Shown: positions 17,675-23,170 of the stretch, piece by piece
Layout of the letters: each line of letters starts with the position of its first letter
Numbering within the stretch: the first letter of the stretch is position 1
Origin: an uncultured Erysipelotrichaceae bacterium
Lineage (GTDB): Bacteria > Bacillota_I > Bacilli_A > Erysipelotrichales > Erysipelotrichaceae
DNA length: 23,170 bases
Assembly (NCBI GenBank): GCA_964457525.1
Contig: CAYWGS010000015.1
Location: 1 to 23,170, forward strand
Reading direction: 5' to 3'
Made by a program: the position numbers and the translations under genes
Notes under the pieces: model-generated
Seen by the model: the letters and a program-made list of their open reading frames with translations, nothing else
What the model was told of the DNA's origin: nothing
Database searches by the model: none

Positions 17675-17703
17675 TTGTAACATAACAATCGTTATGTTAA
17701 TAT
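17675..17703 (+). promoter_or_regulatory. Candidate sigma-A promoter of the hypB operon (extended -10)
   Basis: TTGTAA (17675-17680), a 17-nt spacer and TGtTAATAT (17695-17703). On the opposite strand, TGtTACAAT (17682-17674) is a candidate -10 for the divergent TetR gene. Confidence 0.55.
17678..17699. promoter_or_regulatory. Perfect palindromic operator candidate (TetR-type)
   Basis: TAACATAAC-AATC-GTTATGTTA has 9-bp perfect arms and a 4-bp spacer. It fills the space between the -35 and -10 of the hypB-operon promoter. Confidence 0.6.
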
Positions 17704-17741
17704 TATCACAACTATAGTGAATGTTCACAGAAAGAGTGTTT

Positions 17742-18410
17742 ATGACGGAGTTTAAAATTCTAACCATTAAAGAAAGTGTATTTAAAAACAACAATGAACG
17801 TGCCGATTTACTCAGAACAAGCTTAAAGAAAGATAAACGATTTCTATTAAACTTGATGTCATCTCCTGGATCAGGTAAGACGACGACTTTAACTCAAACG
17901 ATCAATCGATTGAAAGATGAAATGAAGATTGGGGTTATGGAAGCAGATATTGATTCGGATGTCGATGCACATACAATCTCAAAGACTGGAGTAAAGGTTA
18001 TCCAACTTCATACAGGTGGCATGTGTCACTTGGATGCGGATATGACGAAACAAGGTTTAGATGGATTAGGTGTGGATGAATGTGATTTGGTTATTCTAGA
18101 GAATGTGGGTAATCTTGTGTGTCCAGCAGAGTTTGATACTGGCGCAAGTAAGAATGCGATGATTTTGAGTGTTCCTGAAGGGGATGATAAACCACTTAAG
18201 TATCCATTGATGTTCTCAATTTGTGAAGTATTACTTATTAATAAGATTGATGTGATGGATGTGTTTGATTTTAATTTGGAACTTTGTATCGAGAGAGTAA
18301 AAAAGATTAATCCGAATATAAAAATTATCCCTATCTCCGCAAGAACAGGTGAGGGAATTGATGAATTTGCGAATTGGCTCAGAACAGAAGTAAGAAACTG
18401 GAAAATGTAA
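17742..18410 (+). CDS. hypB: Hydrogenase/urease-type nickel incorporation GTPase HypB
   Basis: Walker A (SSPGSGKTT), the CH metal motif (GGMCHLD), ENVGNLVCPAEFD and the G4 motif NKID are present. The start is taken at MTEFKILT (17742), and the upstream in-frame ATG at 17721 is the alternative. Confidence 0.88.
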   Translation: MTEFKILTIKESVFKNNNERADLLRTSLKKDKRFLLNLMSSPGSGKTTTLTQTINRLKDEMKIGVMEADIDSDVDAHTISKTGVKVIQLHTGGMCHLDADMTKQGLDGLGVDECDLVILENVGNLVCPAEFDTGASKNAMILSVPEGDDKPLKYPLMFSICEVLLINKIDVMDVFDFNLELCIERVKKINPNIKIIPISARTGEGIDEFANWLRTEVRNWKM

Positions 18411-18411
18411 T

Positions 18412-21102
18412 ATGGAAAATCAACAAGTTAAATTAAAAGTACTTGAATTTGCGAATAAAGTTAGTAATAAAAAAATGGGTTCTAAAGGAGCGATTACTGC
18501 AAGTGATCCACGTTATTACATCATGGAACCGGTTGTGAGTGATGAGATGGCTGAAGTCGCATTAGTGATGGAATTTAGAAAACCATTGAGTGCAGAAGAG
18601 TTATCAAAAAGATGTGGGAAATCACTTGAGTTAACTGAGAAACTTTGTTGGGAATTATCCCTCGCTGGTGTTTGTTTTGTGAATAAAAAAGATGGTGTTG
18701 ATAAGTATTGGTATGACACATGGGTTCCAGGCATTATGGAAATGATGTGTAACAATCTTGAGAATGTTCGTAAGTATCCTCAAATTGCGAAAGCATTTGA
18801 AGAATATGGACGAGTTGTTGGACCCATGTCAGTCGGTAAATTCCCAATTGGGGTAGGTGTTATGCGTGTTATTCCAATCGAAACTGCGATTCAAGGTGAA
18901 ACACGTAAAGCGTCGTATGAAGAAGTTTCTAAATATTTGAATGAAGCGAAGATATTCACAGTATCGGATTGTTCATGTCGTACATCACGTGAGGCAATCG
19001 GTGAGGGTTGTGGTCACTTAAAAGAAGATATGTGTATTCAATTGGATCATGCGGCAGAATATTACATACGTACGGGTCGTGGCAAACAAATAACCCGTGA
19101 AGAAGCGTTTGAAATCATTCGAAGAGCGGAAGAAAATGGCTTGATGCATCAAATACCGAACTTAGATGGTTCTGGTAAAACACATGCGATTTGTAATTGT
19201 TGTGGATGTTCATGTTATGCATTGCGTATCGCGTCCATGTTCAAGAATTCGGATATGGTTCGATCGAATTATGTTGCGCATGTCGATTCAGAGAAATGTG
19301 TAGCATGTGGTCAATGTGTTGAAAATTGTCCGACTAATGCGGTTAAGTTAGGTCAAAAATTAGGCACAATCAATCCAATCAAACAAGCTAAAATTGAAAC
19401 TCCACGTGATATGAAATGGGGTCCTGAGAAGTTTAATCCTGATTATCGCACCAATCGTAAGGATGTTGTGGATAGTGGAACAAGTCCATGTAAAACAGAA
19501 TGTCCGGCACATATTGCGGTACAAGGTTATATTCAATTAGCGGCTCAAGGTAAATATAAAGAAGCGTTACAACTCATTAAACATGAAAATCCTTTCCCAG
19601 CAGTTTGTGGACGTATCTGTCCACGTAAATGTGAATCCGCATGTACACGTTGTGAGATTGATAAAGCGGTCGCAATTGATGAGATTAAGAAGTTCATTGC
19701 GGACCAAGAATTGAATAGTGATACACGTTATGTTCCTAAATTAAGACATCAATATGGCAAGAAGATTGCGATTATTGGGGCAGGTCCTGCTGGATTATCT
19801 TGTGCTTATTATCTTGCGATTGATGGTTATAAAGTAACTGTATTTGAGAAACAAGAAAAACTCGGTGGTATGTTAACCCTTGGTATTCCAAACTACCGTT
19901 TAGAGAAAGATGTCGTGAATGCGGAAATTGATATCTTAAAAGAATTGGGTGTTGAATTTAAGACAGGTGTTGAAGTTGGTAAAGATATTACTCTTGATGA
20001 ATTGCGTAATCAAGATTATAAAGCATTCTATGTTGCGATTGGGGCTCAAAAGGGTCGTAAGTTAAACATCGAAGGTGAAGATCATGAAGATGTTGTATCT
20101 GGAGTCGATTTCTTACGTCAAGTTAATCTAGGGAATGCTAAGAGCCTTGACGGTAATGTGGTTGTCATCGGTGGTGGTAATGTCGCAATTGATGTAGCAC
20201 GTACAGCAGTTCGTTTAGGCGCAGCTAAAGTAGATATGGTTTGTTTAGAAAGTCGTGAAACCATGCCTGCACTCGATGAAGAAATTCATGAAGCACTCGA
20301 TGAAAATGTATCTATTAATAACTCATGGGGCCCAAAACGTATTGTGATTGAAAACAATAAAGTAGTGGGTGTTGAGTTTAAAAAATGTATTTCAGTACTC
20401 GATGAAAACAATCGTTTTAATCCAAAATACGATGAGAATAATACGATTATTATCCCTGCATCTCATGTATTAATCTCAGTTGGTCAAGCCATTGATTGGG
20501 GAAATCTCTTAGATAATACTGAAGCTGAGTTTAATCCTAATAAGACATTATGTGCTGATGGATTTACCTATCAAACCAATCATAAAGATATCTTTACAGG
20601 GGGAGATTGTTATACTGGACCACGTTTTGCGATTGATGCGATTGCGGCAGGTAAACAAGCTGCGATATCCATTCATCGCTATGTACAACCTGGACAAAGC
20701 TTGGTCTTAGGACGTGATCGTCGTGAGTATATTGCGATTGATAAAGAGAATCTTGATTTACAAGGCTATGATCGTATACCTAGAGAAAGTGTTAAACATA
20801 ACTATAAAACATCGGGTTCTGAAGCGTTTAAAGATGGTCGTTTAACCTTTACCGAAGCACAACTTAAGAAGGAAACTGAAAGATGTTTAGGTTGTGGGGC
20901 AGCGGTTGTGGATGAGTACATGTGTGTTGGTTGTGGACAATGTACAACTAAATGTAAGTTCGATGCGATTAGTTTAGTTCGTACCTATGATTCTAAAGGC
21001 GCTGGATATGAAGAGTTGAAACCACTTGTATTAAAACAGATCGTTTCGCGTGAAGTTAAAATCATTTCAAAGAATATTAAGAATGTCTTTGTGAAAGAAT
21101 AA
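18412..21102 (+). CDS. Multidomain Fe-S flavoprotein of unknown function
   Basis: The 896-aa protein has these parts:
- aa 187-268 carry 9 Cys (DCSCR, GCGH, CNCCGCSC).
- aa 296-306 are CVACGQCVENCP.
- aa 360-414 form the Cys-rich GltD N-domain (CKTECP...CGRICPRKCESACTRC).
- aa 451-459 are the FAD site KIAIIGAGPAG.
- aa 583-590 are the NAD(P)H site VVVIGGGN.
- aa 825-848 are CLGCG...CVGCGQCTTKC.
The gene starts 1 nt after the hypB stop. Confidence 0.8.
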   Translation: MENQQVKLKVLEFANKVSNKKMGSKGAITASDPRYYIMEPVVSDEMAEVALVMEFRKPLSAEELSKRCGKSLELTEKLCWELSLAGVCFVNKKDGVDKYWYDTWVPGIMEMMCNNLENVRKYPQIAKAFEEYGRVVGPMSVGKFPIGVGVMRVIPIETAIQGETRKASYEEVSKYLNEAKIFTVSDCSCRTSREAIGEGCGHLKEDMCIQLDHAAEYYIRTGRGKQITREEAFEIIRRAEENGLMHQIPNLDGSGKTHAICNCCGCSCYALRIASMFKNSDMVRSNYVAHVDSEKCVACGQCVENCPTNAVKLGQKLGTINPIKQAKIETPRDMKWGPEKFNPDYRTNRKDVVDSGTSPCKTECPAHIAVQGYIQLAAQGKYKEALQLIKHENPFPAVCGRICPRKCESACTRCEIDKAVAIDEIKKFIADQELNSDTRYVPKLRHQYGKKIAIIGAGPAGLSCAYYLAIDGYKVTVFEKQEKLGGMLTLGIPNYRLEKDVVNAEIDILKELGVEFKTGVEVGKDITLDELRNQDYKAFYVAIGAQKGRKLNIEGEDHEDVVSGVDFLRQVNLGNAKSLDGNVVVIGGGNVAIDVARTAVRLGAAKVDMVCLESRETMPALDEEIHEALDENVSINNSWGPKRIVIENNKVVGVEFKKCISVLDENNRFNPKYDENNTIIIPASHVLISVGQAIDWGNLLDNTEAEFNPNKTLCADGFTYQTNHKDIFTGGDCYTGPRFAIDAIAAGKQAAISIHRYVQPGQSLVLGRDRREYIAIDKENLDLQGYDRIPRESVKHNYKTSGSEAFKDGRLTFTEAQLKKETERCLGCGAAVVDEYMCVGCGQCTTKCKFDAISLVRTYDSKGAGYEELKPLVLKQIVSREVKIISKNIKNVFVKE

Positions 21103-21105
21103 CGT

Positions 21106-21447
21106 ATGCATGAATTAGGTGTTGTCATAGAGGTTGTTAAGACATTGGATAAAATTGTGCTAGAAAACAATCTTACAGAAGTCGAATCGATTGTATTACA
21201 AATTGGGGAAATATCATCCATGATTCCAAAGTACATTGAAGATTGTTTCGATGTGGCAATTGATGGAACACAGTTTGAGAAGACGAAGTTAAGAATTGAA
21301 ATACTTACGGCAACCGCATTGTGTCGACCATGTCATAAAGTGTTTAAACTGGTTGAGAATGAAGGCAAGTGTGATTGTTGTGGAGGAAATGATTGGGAAC
21401 TCTTAAGTGGGAAAGAGTTCCTAATCAAAGAGATTGTCGCAAGGTAG
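21106..21447 (+). CDS. hypA: Nickel metallochaperone HypA
   Basis: The 113-aa protein has the N-terminal MHE nickel-binding motif (MHELGV) and a zinc site (CRPC ... CDCC). It starts 3 nt after the preceding stop. Confidence 0.88.
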   Translation: MHELGVVIEVVKTLDKIVLENNLTEVESIVLQIGEISSMIPKYIEDCFDVAIDGTQFEKTKLRIEILTATALCRPCHKVFKLVENEGKCDCCGGNDWELLSGKEFLIKEIVAR

Positions 21448-21453
21448 GAAATT

Positions 21454-22146
21454 ATGACTGAATTAAATACATTATTATATACTGCATTTTTTATTGGAAC
21501 TGTTCACACTTTAATTGGTGTCGATCATTATTTACCATTCGTTGTTTTATCCAAATCAAATAAATGGTCAATTAAAAAGACAATGATGATTGTCTTTGTG
21601 TGTGGAATAGGCCATGTATTAAGTTCCATAATATTAGGTTTTGTAGGATTAGGTATTAGTTCAAGTTTAAGTACACTTGTAGGAATTGAAGATATAAGAG
21701 GTACTTTTGCGACGTATTTCATCATTGTTTTTGGTTTAGTTTATACCATTTATGCTTTACGTAAGCTCTATCTCAATAAACCACATACTCATATCGTAAA
21801 TGGTCAAGAAATAATCCATGATCATCATGAACCTAAGAGTATTGAGGATCATGTTCATAAGAATAATAATCTGGTATGGGGATTATTTATCTTATTTGTA
21901 TTAGGTCCTTGTGAACCTCTTATTCCAATCTTAATGTATCCTGCCGCAACATTAAATTTAGGTGCACTTATCAGTGTAACCCTTGTCTTTAGCGTTAGTA
22001 CCATTAGTATGATGATTGGGTTAACCTATTTAGGAGTTAAAGGTTTAGATTTTATTAAGATTAAGCATTTAGAAAAGTATGGTGAAACATTAGCGGGTTT
22101 GGCGATTACATTGTGTGGTGTCTTAATGATTACCATGGGAATATAG
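21454..22146 (+). CDS. HupE/UreJ-like (or NicO-like) secondary Ni/Co transporter with a His-rich loop
   Basis: The 230-aa protein has about 6 TM segments. TM1 carries the motif HTLIGVDH, which fits the HupE/UreJ H-x3-G-x-DH pattern. The central loop (aa 109-136) has 7 His (KPHTHIVNGQEIIHDHHEPKSIEDHVHK), and the second half has GPCEP. Confidence 0.6.
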   Translation: MTELNTLLYTAFFIGTVHTLIGVDHYLPFVVLSKSNKWSIKKTMMIVFVCGIGHVLSSIILGFVGLGISSSLSTLVGIEDIRGTFATYFIIVFGLVYTIYALRKLYLNKPHTHIVNGQEIIHDHHEPKSIEDHVHKNNNLVWGLFILFVLGPCEPLIPILMYPAATLNLGALISVTLVFSVSTISMMIGLTYLGVKGLDFIKIKHLEKYGETLAGLAITLCGVLMITMGI

Positions 22147-22168
22147 ACTTAGTCTATGGGAGGAATCT

Positions 22169-23155
22169 ATGTTTGTTTTTAACACTTTAGAGGGTGGAAA
22201 CTTTCTAGCCGCATTTAGTATGTGGATTGTTGTGTTTGTTTGTCTATTCGTCTTTAATGAAGTTGCACGACGTTTTAAATGGATGGGTTTCTTTAGTTTT
22301 GTGGTTTTACCTGTCATTCTTACGATCATTTGGTTTACAGTGATGAAAGAGACGACCTATACGGATTGGTTTCATCTTGCGAAGGTTTATTCCGCAACGG
22401 CAGGATCCATTGGTTTCTGGCTTATTCGTCATTATGAGAAAAAAGATAAATCTGGAAATGTTGTTTGGAGACTTGCGACCAATAAAATCGCATTGTGCTT
22501 TCCTCCTCTTATCTTAGCCATCAATATTTTAGAAGCAGTAGCACGTGATATCGAAGTTGGTTCAACTTTCTGGATGATCAACTCTGGTGCGATTGAAGGT
22601 GAAATTATGGGTGTCTTAGGTGGCCCATGGAATTACATGAATGCGATTGCGGGTATCTTAAATATCATTACGATTACAGGTTGGTTTGGAATTGTGATTC
22701 GTAAGATGTCAGATAAAGATAAAAGTCGTGATATGTTGTGGCCAGATATGTTGTGGTTTTGGATCTTAGCTTATGATATCTGGAACTTTGTCTATACTTA
22801 TAACTGTATTCCAACACATTCATGGTATGCAGGATTAGCTTTATTAATCGCTCCAACACTTTGTGCATTTACTGTTGGTAAAGGGGCTTGGCTCCAACAT
22901 CGTGCCGCAACACTCGCAATATGGTGTATGTTCGCTCAAACTTTCCCATTATTTCAAGATACAGGGAAGTTTATGGTTAGCTCATCCTATAATCCAACTA
23001 TTTATACCATCTTAGGTGCGTTATCCTTATTGGTAAATCTTGCGGTATTTGTTTACATGATTATGAAATTTAAACAAACTAAACGTAATCCATATAAAGC
23101 AGAACTCTATGTGGATCATTCAGAATACAAAGCAATTAAAGCTCTAGCAGAATAA
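22169..23155 (+). CDS. Polytopic membrane protein of unknown function (about 9 TM segments, Trp-rich)
   Basis: The 328-aa protein has a GGGAGGA RBS 6-7 nt upstream. It has nine hydrophobic segments and 16 Trp. I recognise no catalytic or transport motif. It is the last visible gene of the hypB operon, 22 nt after the permease. Confidence 0.8.
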   Translation: MFVFNTLEGGNFLAAFSMWIVVFVCLFVFNEVARRFKWMGFFSFVVLPVILTIIWFTVMKETTYTDWFHLAKVYSATAGSIGFWLIRHYEKKDKSGNVVWRLATNKIALCFPPLILAINILEAVARDIEVGSTFWMINSGAIEGEIMGVLGGPWNYMNAIAGILNIITITGWFGIVIRKMSDKDKSRDMLWPDMLWFWILAYDIWNFVYTYNCIPTHSWYAGLALLIAPTLCAFTVGKGAWLQHRAATLAIWCMFAQTFPLFQDTGKFMVSSSYNPTIYTILGALSLLVNLAVFVYMIMKFKQTKRNPYKAELYVDHSEYKAIKALAE

Positions 23156-23170
23156 AAAAACGGAAATTTC

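Noticed and set aside
18412-21102. Calling the 896-aa protein glutamate synthase small subunit (gltD)
   Set aside because: Only the central 400 aa or so are GltD-like. There is no adjacent gltB, and the large Cys-rich N-terminal and C-terminal ferredoxin extensions indicate a different enzyme of AegA/YgfK-style architecture.
17742-22146. Annotating this locus as a hydrogenase maturation locus of a [NiFe]-hydrogenase
   Set aside because: No hydrogenase large or small subunit, maturation protease or hypCDEF gene is present in the window. Only the Ni-delivery components (hypA, hypB and a permease) are visible, so a hydrogenase link cannot be asserted from this sequence.

Overview
The window looks like a chromosomal segment of a low-GC Gram-positive bacterium (Bacillota; the gene set and style suggest Erysipelotrichia, but this is unconfirmed). 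About 90% is coding, and all ORFs read in the standard genetic code. From left to right it contains:
- class II fructose-bisphosphate aldolase (minus strand)
- a stand-alone PduL phosphotransacylase and a YgiQ-family radical SAM protein
- a four-gene overlapping operon: DAG-kinase-like lipid kinase, aldose-1-epimerase-like protein, NagB and a Cof-type HAD phosphatase
- thioredoxin
- a polyamine uptake operon led by its own XRE/cupin (PuuR-like) regulator (potA, potB, potC and two tandem potD lipoprotein paralogs)
- a self-contained nine-tRNA operon (Cys, Leu, Arg, Pro, Met, Ile2, Ser, fMet, Phe; all with encoded CCA)
- a YwaF-like membrane protein, a PHP phosphoesterase and RimO
- a divergent TetR regulator facing a tightly packed five-gene operon

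That operon (about 17.6-23.2 kb) is the part most worth a second look. It encodes hypB, an 896-aa multi-cluster Fe-S/FAD protein, hypA, a HupE/UreJ-like permease with a His-rich loop, and a Trp-rich protein of about 9 TM segments and unknown function. The nickel metallochaperones HypA and HypB bracket an uncharacterised redox enzyme. No hydrogenase, urease, CODH or hypCDEF gene is present in the window. A perfect palindromic operator sits between the -35 and -10 of the operon promoter.

I found no CRISPR array, transposase, integrase or phage genes. All calls come from reading motifs by eye, and no database search was possible.
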